A stretch of DNA of 64,000 nucleotides from Escherichia coli (GTDB lineage: Bacteria > Pseudomonadota > Gammaproteobacteria > Enterobacterales > Enterobacteriaceae), in the NCBI RefSeq assembly GCF_030013205.1, contig NZ_CP122648.1. One strand, given 5' to 3'. The notes beneath the pieces are model-generated. The model searched no databases, had not been told where the DNA came from, and saw only the letters and a program-made list of their open reading frames with translations. A program made the position numbers and the translations under genes. This document shows, one piece after another, positions 31,763-42,874 of this stretch (the first letter of the stretch is position 1; every line of letters starts with the position of its first letter).

Positions 31763-32818
31763 ATGAAAAAGAGCACTCTGGCATTAGTGGTGATGGGCAT
31801 TGTGGCATCTGCATCCGTACAGGCCGCAGAAATATATAACAAAGACGGTAATAAACTGGATGTCTATGGCAAAGTTAAAGCCATGCATTATATGAGTGAT
31901 AACGACAGTAAAGATGGCGACCAGAGTTATATCCGTTTTGGTTTTAAAGGCGAAACACAAATTAACGATCAACTGACGGGTTATGGTCGGTGGGAAGCGG
32001 AGTTTGTCGGTAATAAAGCGGAGAGTGATACTGCACAGCAAAAAACGCGTCTCGCTTTTGCCGGGTTGAAATATAAAGATTTGGGTTCTTTCGATTATGG
32101 TCGTAACCTGGGCGCGCTGTATGACGTGGAAGCCTGGACCGATATGTTCCCGGAATTTGGTGGCGACTCCTCGGCGCAGACCGACAACTTTATGACCAAA
32201 CGCGCCAGCGGTCTGGCGACGTATCGGAACACCGACTTCTTCGGCGTTATCGATGGCCTGAACTTAACCCTGCAATATCAAGGGAAAAACGAAAACCGCG
32301 ACGTTAAAAAGCAAAACGGCGATGGCTTCGGTACGTCATTGACATATGACTTTGGTGGCAGCGATTTCGCCATCAGTGGGGCCTATACCAACTCCGATCG
32401 CACTAACGAGCAGAACCTGCAAAGCCGTGGCACAGGCAAGCGTGCAGAAGCATGGGCAACAGGTCTGAAATACGATGCCAATAATATTTATCTGGCAACT
32501 TTCTATTCTGAAACACGCAAAATGACGCCAATAACTGGCGGCTTTGCCAATAAGACACAGAACTTTGAAGCGGTCGCTCAATACCAGTTTGACTTTGGTC
32601 TGCGTCCATCCCTGGGTTATGTCTTATCGAAAGGGAAAGATATTGAAGGTATCGGTGATGAAGATCTGGTCAATTATATCGACGTCGGTGCTACATATTA
32701 TTTCAACAAAAATATGTCAGCGTTTGTTGATTATAAAATCAACCAACTGGATAGCGATAATAAGCTGAACATCAATAATGATGATATTGTCGCGGTTGGC
32801 ATGACCTATCAGTTTTAA
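31763..32818 (+). CDS. phoE: Outer membrane phosphoporin PhoE
   Basis: 351 aa from [21 protein letters not shown]; porin sequence ending in F. Confidence 0.95.
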   Translation: MKKSTLALVVMGIVASASVQAAEIYNKDGNKLDVYGKVKAMHYMSDNDSKDGDQSYIRFGFKGETQINDQLTGYGRWEAEFVGNKAESDTAQQKTRLAFAGLKYKDLGSFDYGRNLGALYDVEAWTDMFPEFGGDSSAQTDNFMTKRASGLATYRNTDFFGVIDGLNLTLQYQGKNENRDVKKQNGDGFGTSLTYDFGGSDFAISGAYTNSDRTNEQNLQSRGTGKRAEAWATGLKYDANNIYLATFYSETRKMTPITGGFANKTQNFEAVAQYQFDFGLRPSLGYVLSKGKDIEGIGDEDLVNYIDVGATYYFNKNMSAFVDYKINQLDSDNKLNINNDDIVAVGMTYQF

Positions 32819-32826
32819 TGGATATT

Positions 32827-32847
32827 GCCGGATGTGATGCATCCGGC
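32827..32847. terminator. Hairpin between phoE and crl (convergent)
   Basis: GCCGGATG-tgatg-CATCCGGC perfect stem. Confidence 0.5.
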
Positions 32848-32856
32848 ACATTTCAC

Positions 32857-33315
<459 letters not shown>

Positions 33316-34560
33316 TTAACACAATCGTTTTTCGATCCAGTCGGTGATTTCCTGAAGACCTTTGTCAAAATTCCGATACACCGGGTTAAATGGGATCTCT
33401 AACAATTTACCGTCAGCAGATGATGAGGTGATTAAGCGTGAGTCCTCTTCCGGGCTGAACGGATCGTTCTTCCAGTAGCCTGATAACATTGGCGTTGGGC
33501 AGCGACGTCCCAGCAATCCTTGCACTTTTAATGAATAGCGATTCAGCTCCACGCGCAACGCTTCGTCGGAAGCATCATGCATCCCCAAACGGCTCGCCAG
33601 AACGTCAAGATACATTTCCGGCACCTGTTGCTGGCACTTAAAATCACTCAACAGGGTATGAACTACCGGACCAAGACAGGCAACCGCTTTCAGACGCGGC
33701 GATTCAAGGTATGCCAGACGCACGGCAACGTTAGCGCCGAAACGGAAACCAAAGGCCGCGACGCGAGTGTGATCTACCCACGGTACGTTAGGCAGCGCCT
33801 TTAAGACGTGCTGATGCAACAGGCTGGAGTCCTGGGTGAGCTTCCATTTTGAAGAAAAGCCCACCGACGGCATATCAATAGTCAGCATCGCAATGCCGCG
33901 CGGCGCAAAATAACGTTCATACAGGCTGTAATAGTCCGTCTGCATCGCATCCAGACCACCACACATTAATACTGTCGGGAACGGGCCATCCCCTTTCGGC
34001 ATATGCAAAAAGCCGGTGATGGGCGCACCGCCGGGTACGGTAAACTCCATCTGCCGCATGGTGCCCGGCAGACGCTGGGCGGCCTCTTCATAGGCGCGGT
34101 TTGACAAAGCCTGCGCTTGCTCGGCCAGGTCATCTCCTTTTAGATGAGGATAGGCGGCAATGTTGTACAACGTAGCCGCATGCAGCCAGTGACGACCACT
34201 GAGTTGCGGATCTTCTTCTGCACAGGCTTTTTGTTGCCACACCATCGCCTGGGTGGCCCACTCATAAATCCAGTTGCCACCACGGTAGCCAATCACCGTA
34301 TCGTATAAATCATCGTCGGTACGTTCGGCATCGCTCATCACAATACGTGCCTGGACGTCGAGGATTTCACGTGGGTCAATGCCGCGCCAGATCCACATCA
34401 GACGGTTAATCATGCGATACCAGTGAGGGATGGTTTTACCATCAAGGGCCGACTGCACAGGCGGTTGTGCGCCGTGATTAAAGCGGCGGACTAGCGTCGA
34501 GGTTTCAGGATGTTTAAAGCGGGGTTTGAACAGGGTTTCGCTCAGGTTTGCCTGTGTCAT
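33316..34560 (-). CDS. frsA: Esterase FrsA (fermentation/respiration switch protein)
   Basis: 414 aa; alpha/beta hydrolase; synteny with crl and gpt. Confidence 0.93.
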
Positions 34561-34651
34561 GGATGCAGCCTCCAGAATACTTACTGGAAACTATTGTAAC
34601 CTGCCTGAAGTTAAAAAGAACAACGCCCGGCAGTGCCAGGCGTTGAAAAGA

Positions 34652-35110
34652 TTAGCGACCGGAGATTGGCGGGACGAATACGACGCCCATATCCCACGGC
34701 TGTTCGATCCAGGTATCTTGCGGGATATCAACAACATAATCATCAACCAGCGGGCGACCAGCCGGTTTTGCGAAGATGGTGACAAAGTGCGCTTTTGGAT
34801 ACATTTCACGAATCGCAACCGCAGTACCACCGGTATCCACCAGGTCATCAATAACGATGAAGCCTTCGCCATCGCCTTCTGCGCGTTTCAGCACTTTAAG
34901 CTCGCGCTGGTTGTCGTGATCGTAGCTGGAAATACAAACGGTATCGACATGACGAATACCCAGTTCACGCGCCAGTAACGCACCCGGTACCAGACCGCCA
35001 CGGCTTACGGCAATAATGCCTTTCCATTGTTCAGAAGGCATCAGTCGGCTTGCGAGTTTACGTGCATGGATCTGCAACATGTCCCAGGTGACGATGTATT
35101 TTTCGCTCAT
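34652..35110 (-). CDS. gpt: Xanthine-guanine phosphoribosyltransferase
   Basis: 152 aa; PRPP-binding motif ([11 protein letters not shown]). Confidence 0.95.
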
Positions 35111-35370
35111 GTGAAGTGTCCCAGCCTGTTTATCTACGGCTTAAAAAGTGTTCGAGGGGAAAATAGGTTGCGCGAGATTATAGAGATCTGGCGCACTAAA
35201 AACCAGTATTTCACATGAGTCCGCGTCTTTTTACGCACTGCCTCTCCCTGACGCGGGATAAAGTGGTATTCTCAAACATATCTCGCAAGCCTGTCTTGTG
35301 TTGACAACATTTTCTGCTAACCCTGTGACCTGCAATACTGTTTTGCGGGTGATCGACAAGGAGACTTAAC

Positions 35371-36828
35371 GTGTCTGAACTGTCTCAATTATCTCCACAG
35401 CCGCTGTGGGATATTTTTGCCAAAATCTGTTCTATTCCTCACCCGTCCTATCATGAAGAGCAACTCGCTGAATACATTGTTGGTTGGGCAAAAGAGAAAG
35501 GTTTCCATGTCGAACGCGATCAGGTAGGTAATATCCTGATTCGTAAACCTGCTACCGCAGGTATGGAAAATCGTAAACCGGTCGTCTTGCAGGCCCACCT
35601 CGATATGGTGCCACAGAAAAATAACGACACCGTGCATGACTTCACTAAAGATCCTATCCAGCCTTATATTGATGGCGAATGGGTTAAAGCGCGCGGCACC
35701 ACGCTGGGTGCGGATAACGGCATTGGTATGGCGTCTGCGCTGGCGGTTCTGGCTGACGAAAACGTGGTTCACGGCCCGCTGGAAGTGCTGCTGACCATGA
35801 CCGAAGAAGCCGGTATGGATGGTGCTTTTGGCTTACAGAGCAACTGGTTGCAGGCTGATATTCTGATTAACACCGACTCCGAAGAGGAAGGTGAAATCTA
35901 CATGGGTTGCGCGGGGGGTATCGACTTCACCTCCAACCTGCATTTAGATCGTGAAGCAGTTCCAGCTGGTTTTGAAACCTTCAAGTTAACCTTAAAAGGT
36001 CTAAAAGGCGGTCACTCCGGCGGTGAAATCCACGTTGGCCTGGGTAATGCCAACAAACTGCTGGTGCGCTTCCTGGCGGGTCATGCAGAAGAGCTGGACC
36101 TGCGCCTTATCGATTTCAACGGTGGCACACTGCGTAACGCCATCCCGCGTGAAGCCTTTGCGACCATTGCTGTCGCAGCTGATAAAGTCGACGCCCTGAA
36201 ATCTCTGGTGAATACCTATCAGGAAATCCTGAAAAACGAGCTGGCAGAGAAAGAGAAAAATCTGGCATTGCTGCTGGACTCTGTTGCGAACGATAAAGCT
36301 GCCCTGATTGCGAAATCTCGCGATACCTTTATTCGTCTGCTGAACGCCACCCCGAACGGTGTGATCCGCAACTCCGACGTGGCAAAAGGTGTGGTCGAAA
36401 CCTCCCTGAACGTCGGTGTGGTGACCATGACTGACAATAACGTAGAAATTCACTGCCTGATCCGTTCTCTGATCGACAGCGGTAAAGACTACGTGGTGAG
36501 CATGCTGGATTCGCTGGGTAAACTGGCTGGCGCGAAAACCGAAGCGAAAGGCGCATATCCTGGCTGGCAGCCGGACGCTAATTCTCCGGTGATGCATCTG
36601 GTACGTGAAACCTATCAGCGACTGTTCAACAAGACGCCGAACATCCAGATTATTCACGCGGGCCTGGAATGTGGTCTGTTTAAAAAACCGTATCCGGAAA
36701 TGGACATGGTTTCTATCGGGCCAACCATCACCGGTCCGCACTCTCCGGATGAGCAGGTTCATATCGAAAGCGTTGGTCATTACTGGACACTGCTGACTGA
36801 ATTGCTGAAAGAAATTCCGGCGAAGTAA
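35371..36828 (+). CDS. pepD: Cytosol non-specific dipeptidase (aminoacyl-histidine dipeptidase)
   Basis: 485 aa; GTG start; M20-family metal-binding motifs. Confidence 0.95.
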   Translation: MSELSQLSPQPLWDIFAKICSIPHPSYHEEQLAEYIVGWAKEKGFHVERDQVGNILIRKPATAGMENRKPVVLQAHLDMVPQKNNDTVHDFTKDPIQPYIDGEWVKARGTTLGADNGIGMASALAVLADENVVHGPLEVLLTMTEEAGMDGAFGLQSNWLQADILINTDSEEEGEIYMGCAGGIDFTSNLHLDREAVPAGFETFKLTLKGLKGGHSGGEIHVGLGNANKLLVRFLAGHAEELDLRLIDFNGGTLRNAIPREAFATIAVAADKVDALKSLVNTYQEILKNELAEKEKNLALLLDSVANDKAALIAKSRDTFIRLLNATPNGVIRNSDVAKGVVETSLNVGVVTMTDNNVEIHCLIRSLIDSGKDYVVSMLDSLGKLAGAKTEAKGAYPGWQPDANSPVMHLVRETYQRLFNKTPNIQIIHAGLECGLFKKPYPEMDMVSIGPTITGPHSPDEQVHIESVGHYWTLLTELLKEIPAK

Positions 36829-36836
36829 TTACGATA

Positions 36837-37118
36837 ATGTCCACGCCTGCGGGCGTGGACAACTGTTTGAAGCCAATGGCTATCTATATCGAAATAACAA
36901 AACATTATGAAACTCATGAAAAGGTCGCATATTTATATAGCTGCGACCATATTTCATGGGGAGAATTTCTGATCACCAAAGAAAGTTTTGCGCTGGAATC
37001 CGTGAAAGAACTTAAGGGTGAAAAGCAGAAATTTTATATGTTCAGAGCCTGGGGCAAAGTCAGGAGAGCATACTTAACCACGGGAGAATTCCCCCAGGAA
37101 ACATGTTACGCCGCTTAA
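36837..37118 (+). CDS. Hypothetical small protein (up to 93 aa); doubtful start
   Basis: ORF only; its ATG lies inside the pepD terminator hairpin, so the real start, if any, is probably the internal Met. Confidence 0.25.
   Translation: MSTPAGVDNCLKPMAIYIEITKHYETHEKVAYLYSCDHISWGEFLITKESFALESVKELKGEKQKFYMFRAWGKVRRAYLTTGEFPQETCYAA
36840..36861 (+). terminator. pepD terminator hairpin
   Basis: GTCCACGCC-tgcg-GGCGTGGAC perfect stem right after the pepD stop. Confidence 0.5.
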
Positions 37119-37134
37119 AGTCAGAATAATTTTT

Positions 37135-37698
37135 TCATGCATTTACCATTTTGGCATTACGCCTGCACCACATGGCAATGGCGGCAACCACTAATGCCAG
37201 TTCCAGTAAAAACGACCAGTGTAATAAAAAATTGAGCCACCACGGATGATGTACCGCCGTAATATGAAAGAATGCAAACGGTTGGTTAACGAAAGGCATC
37301 AGCCACCAGATATCACCGACCAGCGTATCGAGTAATAAATGGGTGATACTATTCAGGCAAAACACCACACCCAGCCACGCCGGAAGTTTATTCTTCGCAA
37401 TTGTGGCCCAGAATAACGTCGCCGCCAGCAGAGCTGGCCATAACAATGGCCAATGTGTAGGGTAAAGATGATGATGTCGTTGCCCGTTATCAACCAGATA
37501 GCACCAGAAAAGATCAAAATCGGGCGCAATGGCCCCAACTAAGCCAATAACCATCACCCAGCGCGCATGACGAGCAATCAGTGGCAAGCGTTTCACTAAA
37601 GTACAAGTTATTAAATAACCAGCCGGAAGATGACCGATAAACATGACGATTCCTTTCGTTTTTCCCGCCGCTTTCATGTAGAAAACGGCGGGAGACAT
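37135..37698 (-). CDS. YdjM-like inner-membrane metal-dependent hydrolase (DUF457-like)
   Basis: Hydrophobic; His-rich motifs (GHLPAGY, PDFD, HHHLYPTH, HHPWW); starts 8 nt after prfH stop, so probably co-transcribed; true start may be MFIGHL (37644). Confidence 0.65.
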   Translation of the reverse strand: MSPAVFYMKAAGKTKGIVMFIGHLPAGYLITCTLVKRLPLIARHARWVMVIGLVGAIAPDFDLFWCYLVDNGQRHHHLYPTHWPLLWPALLAATLFWATIAKNKLPAWLGVVFCLNSITHLLLDTLVGDIWWLMPFVNQPFAFFHITAVHHPWWLNFLLHWSFLLELALVVAAIAMWCRRNAKMVNA

Positions 37699-37705
37699 TC
37701 CTCAA

Positions 37706-38320
37706 TTACACAGCGACAAAAGCCATCCCTGTAAACGTTCGTCGCGGGTTGCCACGTTCAATCTGGTGATGGAACATTCGCCGCTGCGATTTCAGCGCCG
37801 CGCTATTTTTCTGTTGCTGCTGCTCCAGCTTCCAGGCAATCAGCAATCGCGCCAGCCGTTTGTTAGCATGCTGGCTGCGCTCTGACTGAACCTTCACGCT
37901 AATCCCGGATGCCAAATGCGTGGCGCGTACCGCCGAGTCGGTTTTATTGACATGTTGACCGCCCGGCCCCGACGAACGCAGCGTCTCATACCGGATCGCA
38001 TCGGATTGCTCCTGCTCATCAGCGGTAAAACGCCCAATGCCCAGAAACCAGTTTTTGCGCCCATGATGAGGCCGATACGGACTCGGACAAATCCACTGAA
38101 TAGTGCCGCACCAACTTTCGCTTAATGCCCATGCATTATCGCCATCCAGAGAAACCAGCGCTGAACGCAGCGTGTCAGAGTAGCGGCCCGTTTCTGTTTC
38201 CAGCACCGTTACCGCGACGTCTTGTCGGGTAGCTTCTTTAATCAGCCTGTCCAGTGCCTTTTTCACTGCGAGACAACATTCTTCCGGCCCCTGAGCTGAG
38301 GAGAGTTGTAGCAAGATCAT
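37706..38320 (-). CDS. prfH: Peptide chain release factor homolog PrfH (apparently full length, 204 aa)
   Basis: GGQ motif ([16 protein letters not shown]); start at MILLQLSS; the ATGA overlaps the rtcB stop. Confidence 0.85.
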   Translation of the reverse strand: MILLQLSSAQGPEECCLAVKKALDRLIKEATRQDVAVTVLETETGRYSDTLRSALVSLDGDNAWALSESWCGTIQWICPSPYRPHHGRKNWFLGIGRFTADEQEQSDAIRYETLRSSGPGGQHVNKTDSAVRATHLASGISVKVQSERSQHANKRLARLLIAWKLEQQQQKNSAALKSQRRMFHHQIERGNPRRTFTGMAFVAV

Positions 38321-39468
38321 CCTTTTTTCCCTCCACTGTTTTTGAGCGTTAGCACCGGACGCAGTCGCGCGACAGGAATAATTAAACCGGCTTGCACCAG
38401 ACATTGCACCACGCTTTCTGCCGATTTATAGGCTTGTGGCGCTTCTTCGAAGATGAGTTGTTTATCGCGACAAATCACCCGGCTGCCAAGTTCAGTACGC
38501 GAGAGTTGCGTCGCCGTGTAATTCGCTGCCAGACGCCCTTTACACTCGGTGCGCCCCCATTTACGCCCTGCCCCATGCGCCAGCGAGTGGAGCGTTTTTT
38601 CGTTCGCAACAGGCTCTACAAGCCAGGAGTAATCGCCGCGTGAACCGGGAATAATCACCAGACCGTTGTCATCCGGCGTGGCACCTTTACGATGCAACCA
38701 GCCCTGTTGATCACCGATTCGACACGCGCTAACAAAGTTATGCGCCACATCCAGAACCGGACTTCCCATGGCTTTCACTTGTTGCATTATGCGCAAAGCA
38801 ATCAGCTGGCGATTAATACGCGCAAACGCCAGCGCATCGTCATGTTCCGCAATATACCGTAGCGCGTCGTCACTGCCTTCAGGCAAACCATGATGCGAAA
38901 ACGAGGCAATATGCCGCTGTAAAATAGACTGCCCCAACCCCCTCGAGCCGCTATGAACCAGCAGTTGCAGATGCTGCGCATCCAGACCTGCCAATGCAAA
39001 CACTTCAGCGTCGATGATTTCATCAACTTGTTGCAGTTCTGCGAAGTGGTTTCCGCCACCGATAGAGCCAAGCGAGCTGCGCCACGGATGCTGTGCAAAT
39101 GCTGACGGCAGGTTTTCCTCCAGCCAGCTTTCTTCAGCAACGTCATCCAAAGCTGATAATCGCTTTTCAAACTTATCGGCGTTGTATTTACGAGCGAGAA
39201 TATCTGTTTGCCATAGCGCCATGCCACAGCCGATATCATTGCCGACCAGTGCCGGGTAAAAACGGCCTACGGAGAATAACGCTGCGCCAATCGGATAGCC
39301 GCGTCCGGGGTGTAAATCTGGCATCCCTACTACGCGCTGCATGTTGGGTAAATTTGCCGTGGTGTGTAATTGTTGGATCGCTAAACTCTCGATCCACAGG
39401 TCATCAGATGCGATGGTAAATACCGCATAGGATAAGGGACGAATATATTTGCCCATGTACCATTCCAT
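38317..39468 (-). CDS. rtcB: RtcB-family RNA ligase (PrfH-associated paralog)
   Basis: 383 aa; conserved His/Cys RtcB motifs ([24 protein letters not shown]); translationally coupled to prfH. Confidence 0.85.
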   Translation of the reverse strand: MEWYMGKYIRPLSYAVFTIASDDLWIESLAIQQLHTTANLPNMQRVVGMPDLHPGRGYPIGAALFSVGRFYPALVGNDIGCGMALWQTDILARKYNADKFEKRLSALDDVAEESWLEENLPSAFAQHPWRSSLGSIGGGNHFAELQQVDEIIDAEVFALAGLDAQHLQLLVHSGSRGLGQSILQRHIASFSHHGLPEGSDDALRYIAEHDDALAFARINRQLIALRIMQQVKAMGSPVLDVAHNFVSACRIGDQQGWLHRKGATPDDNGLVIIPGSRGDYSWLVEPVANEKTLHSLAHGAGRKWGRTECKGRLAANYTATQLSRTELGSRVICRDKQLIFEEAPQAYKSAESVVQCLVQAGLIIPVARLRPVLTLKNSGGKKG

Positions 39469-39774
39469 TTATACTCGTCATACTTCAAGTTGCATGTACT
39501 GCGGCTGCGTTCGTTCACCCCAGTCACTTACTTATGTAAGCTTCTGGGGATTCACTCGCTTGTCGCCTTCCTGCAACTCGAATTATTTAGAGTATATAAA
39601 TATTAAAAATCAGGAAATGGCAGACGAATCCAGGGCAAGAAAAAAAGAATTAATCCTGGAAAGGTCTGCAAAGAGTCATTGATAAAGGATTTGTCATGAT
39701 TTACCTCCTTGCAGTTTGTGGAATAAGAAAACGCGCACATATTAGAAGGGCGTTATTTTCATTGCAAGCTGGAT

Positions 39775-40227
39775 TTAATGTTGCGGTTTATAACGCATAT
39801 AAAAATTAATAAACCACGCTCCCCGGCATTCAACGCGCTGCTGCTTAACTGTCTGAAAACCATAACGTTCAAAAAAGGGTTTTGCGGTTATGCTGGCGTC
39901 CACCGTAAGTTCGGATTCAGACTTAATCAAAGGTTTTAACAAAGCGCTGGCAACCCCACGGCGGGTGTATTCAGGGTCAACAAATAACATATCGATATAA
40001 TGTTCAATGCGGGAAATAAAACCAACCGGTTGTGCATTAATGATCGCAACCCACACTTGTGATTTCGCGAGTTTCTCCTTCCAGCGAGATTCGTCAATCT
40101 GCGCCCAGGCGGCAATTTGTTGTGGTGAATAATGCTGACTGGCGGTCATCGTAACCGCTCTAATGAAAATAGCGCATAGTTGCTGAAAATCGCCAGGCTG
40201 ATAATCTCTTATTTGTATGTTATTCAT
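39775..40227 (-). CDS. yafP: GNAT family N-acetyltransferase YafP
   Basis: 150 aa; sequence and dinB-yafNOP synteny. Confidence 0.9.
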   Translation of the reverse strand: MNNIQIRDYQPGDFQQLCAIFIRAVTMTASQHYSPQQIAAWAQIDESRWKEKLAKSQVWVAIINAQPVGFISRIEHYIDMLFVDPEYTRRGVASALLKPLIKSESELTVDASITAKPFFERYGFQTVKQQRVECRGAWFINFYMRYKPQH

Positions 40228-40236
40228 AATATAAAT

Positions 40237-40635
40237 TCAAAAACGCATGCGAAACGCTTCTGCCATTTTTCCAATTTTATGCATTTGGTTGTTATCTCGA
40301 GCCAGTTTATGAGGTTCAGGCTTCAGAATGGCAATGAGCAACCATGCTTGCTCATCAAACGCACCCTGACAATATACCAAATGCGCTTCGTCATTCGTTC
40401 TGCTGAATTGGCGCAACTGTGGCGGAAATGGATTATTCACATTTGCCAGATGAATATGAGCAACTCGCTCAAATTTGATTAATGGCCAGGTAAACGAGTC
40501 GTCGTAGAGTGCATCGCGACCAAATATATCTGGCAAAATACCGTCACGCTTATAGGAAATAAAATCCGCCGTTAACGCATCAAGTTCCTCTGCTGTAAGT
40601 TGCAGGCGAATAAGTTTTGTTTTGAATACCCGCAT
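40237..40635 (-). CDS. yafO: Ribosome-dependent mRNA interferase toxin YafO
   Basis: 132 aa; follows yafN. Confidence 0.9.
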   Translation of the reverse strand: MRVFKTKLIRLQLTAEELDALTADFISYKRDGILPDIFGRDALYDDSFTWPLIKFERVAHIHLANVNNPFPPQLRQFSRTNDEAHLVYCQGAFDEQAWLLIAILKPEPHKLARDNNQMHKIGKMAEAFRMRF

Positions 40636-40637
40636 CC

Positions 40638-40931
40638 TTATTCCTTAAAGTCATTGAAATCATCATCCGTCATATCATTAAGATATTGTTCAGCGCGGCG
40701 TGTAATTTCCTCTAATCTTGCGGCACTCGGACGGAAGCGCGCCTTCACCAGTTTTTTCTCCTCTTGTTCTGCAAGCATGTCCATTAACGCTTCGAATGCG
40801 CTGGCACTTAAGAGATATCCTGCGGGGCGATTATTAGAAAGAACCGCAACCGGTTGATCAATAAAGTATTTTGCTGGATTTTTACGTAACTCAGTGATAT
40901 TGACCGATTTTTCAGCGAGAATTCGATGCAT
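40638..40931 (-). CDS. yafN: Antitoxin YafN
   Basis: 97 aa; Phd/YefM-like; between dinB and yafO. Confidence 0.9.
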   Translation of the reverse strand: MHRILAEKSVNITELRKNPAKYFIDQPVAVLSNNRPAGYLLSASAFEALMDMLAEQEEKKLVKARFRPSAARLEEITRRAEQYLNDMTDDDFNDFKE

Positions 40932-40982
40932 ACAGTGATACCCTCATAATAATGCACACCAGAATATACATAATAGTATACA

Positions 40983-42038
40983 TCATAATCCCAGCACCAG
41001 TTGTCTTTCCATTTGCGGGTCAAGCAACGTCACATGCAGCCCCACCAGCCGCACACCGCGCCCGCCGCGACGTTCATCCCAGGTTTTACGCGCGGTGGCA
41101 ATTAAGTCAGCTTTATTCAGCCGCGGCCAGACGTGCTCCTGAGTGGTTTGCTGAAAATCGTCGAACTTTAATTTCACCCCCTGGCGAGCAATCAGTAAAT
41201 CAGGTTTCACCTTTGCCAGACGGCGTTCAAGTTCCGGATACAGCCGCTCGATAATCGCTTCACATTCAGACCAGTGATGAATATCTTCCGCCATCGTGCG
41301 TTCCACGCCGACGGATTTTCGTAACCGTTCGCTGTTAACGTCGCGCTCGTCAATCCCCTGACTACGCTCCCACAAAATGCGGCCAAATTTGCCAAAACGT
41401 TTGAGCAGAGTCACCAGATCACACTTTTGCACATCACCGCAGGTCCGCAGCCCCATCGCTTCCAGTATTGCCGCCGAGACTTTGCCGACGCCGGGAATTT
41501 TTGCCAGCGGTAAGGTTTGCAGAAATGCCGGAACTTCTGCCGGCGTAATCACAAACTGGCCGTTGGGTTTATTCATGTCGGAGGCGATTTTAGCGAGAAA
41601 CTTTACTGGTGCCACGCCCGCAGACGCCGTCAGTTGCAGCTCGTTGAAGATTGTCTGGCGGATTTCCTGGGCGATGAGGGTCGCAGAACCGTGGCAATGG
41701 ACGCTATCAGTGACATCGAGATAGGCTTCATCCAGTGACAACGGTTCAATACGCGAGGTGTAGCGCGAGAAGATTTCACGGATATGATTTGAGGCTTCTT
41801 TGTAGGCGTCAAAGCGCCCCGGAAGCAAGGTGAGATGTGGGCATAATTTGAGCGCCATCCCAGTAGGCATAGCGCTACGTACGCCAAATTTACGCGCGGG
41901 ATAATTGGCGGTGCTGATCACCCCCCGACGTTCGCGGCTGCCGCCAATAGCAATAGGGATATCGCGCAGGGCGGGATTGTCGCGCATCTCCACTGCGGCG
42001 AAAAAGCAGTCCATATCCACATGAATGATTTTACGCAT
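40983..42038 (-). CDS. dinB: DNA polymerase IV
   Basis: 351 aa; Y-family polymerase ([17 protein letters not shown]...). Confidence 0.95.
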   Translation of the reverse strand: MRKIIHVDMDCFFAAVEMRDNPALRDIPIAIGGSRERRGVISTANYPARKFGVRSAMPTGMALKLCPHLTLLPGRFDAYKEASNHIREIFSRYTSRIEPLSLDEAYLDVTDSVHCHGSATLIAQEIRQTIFNELQLTASAGVAPVKFLAKIASDMNKPNGQFVITPAEVPAFLQTLPLAKIPGVGKVSAAILEAMGLRTCGDVQKCDLVTLLKRFGKFGRILWERSQGIDERDVNSERLRKSVGVERTMAEDIHHWSECEAIIERLYPELERRLAKVKPDLLIARQGVKLKFDDFQQTTQEHVWPRLNKADLIATARKTWDERRGGRGVRLVGLHVTLLDPQMERQLVLGL

Positions 42039-42052
42039 TGCTCACCTCTCAA

Positions 42053-42072
42053 CACTGGTAAAGTATACAGTG
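42053..42072 (-). promoter_or_regulatory. LexA box of dinB
   Basis: Minus strand reads CACTGTATACTTTACCAGTG (CTGT-N8-CCAG), 15 bp upstream of the dinB start. Confidence 0.8.
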
Positions 42073-42108
42073 ATTTCAGGGTTTGAGAAATGCGTAAAGA
42101 TTCAGCAT

Positions 42109-42870
42109 CTAGCGCGTTCGCTGCGAAAGCACCTGCTGCTTATCCAGCTTTTGCACCAGCGGCTGCACCACTTTATCCCCATGCTGACCAAAGTATTGAT
42201 ACAGCGTATCGGACGCACTTTTGGTCAGCACCATAATCTCAATGCGTCGGTTGCCCGCGCTTTGCGGATTTTTCGCGTCCAGCAGCATCTGGTCCGCCAT
42301 CGCGCTTACCTGCATCACTTTATCTTCCGGCATTCCGGCCTCTTCCAGCACCCGACGGGCCGAAAGCGCGCGATCGCCCGAAAGGTTCCAGTTGTTGTAG
42401 ATATTGTTTTTGTAGGCCATCGCATCGGTATGCCCGGTAATAATAATTTTGTTATCGAGCGAGTCGAACACTGGCGCGAGCTCCACCAGCAAAGTTTTAA
42501 AGAACGGCATAATCTGCGCGCTGCCGCGTTCAAACATATTGCGGTTCTGGTCATCTTTAATCAGCACGCGTAATCCCTGCGGGACAATCTCCATCTCCAG
42601 ATTCGCTTCCATATGTGCATCACGGGCAATGGTGTTGATACTGGTTGCCAACTCGCCAAGCTCGGTGGCGGATTTCTTCTTCAGCAGCGCCGGTTTCTCA
42701 TTCACATCACGCGCTTTTTTCTCCGTCTCTTCCGGCACCGCCACGGTGGCAGGTTTTGGCGGATGAGACGGGCTGATTTTATTTAACGGCGACAGCCCAC
42801 CACCGTTAAAAATCGACTGCCCGTGCAGCGCGGCGATAATGCTTTCACGCTCGGATTTACTGACGCTGTT
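42109..42870 (-). pseudogene. lafU: Flag-2 lateral flagellar motor protein LafU (MotB-like) fragment, 5'-truncated
   Basis: OmpA-like C-terminus (IIITGHTD...NRRIEIMV); the N-terminal part of the track ORF is antisense of lfhA, so the gene has no genuine start. Confidence 0.7.
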
Positions 42871-42874
42871 GACA

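Noticed and set aside
42025..42573. 182-aa plus-strand ORF opposite lafU and the dinB promoter
   Set aside because: Overlaps the dinB LexA box and lafU antisense; His/Arg-rich shadow frame.
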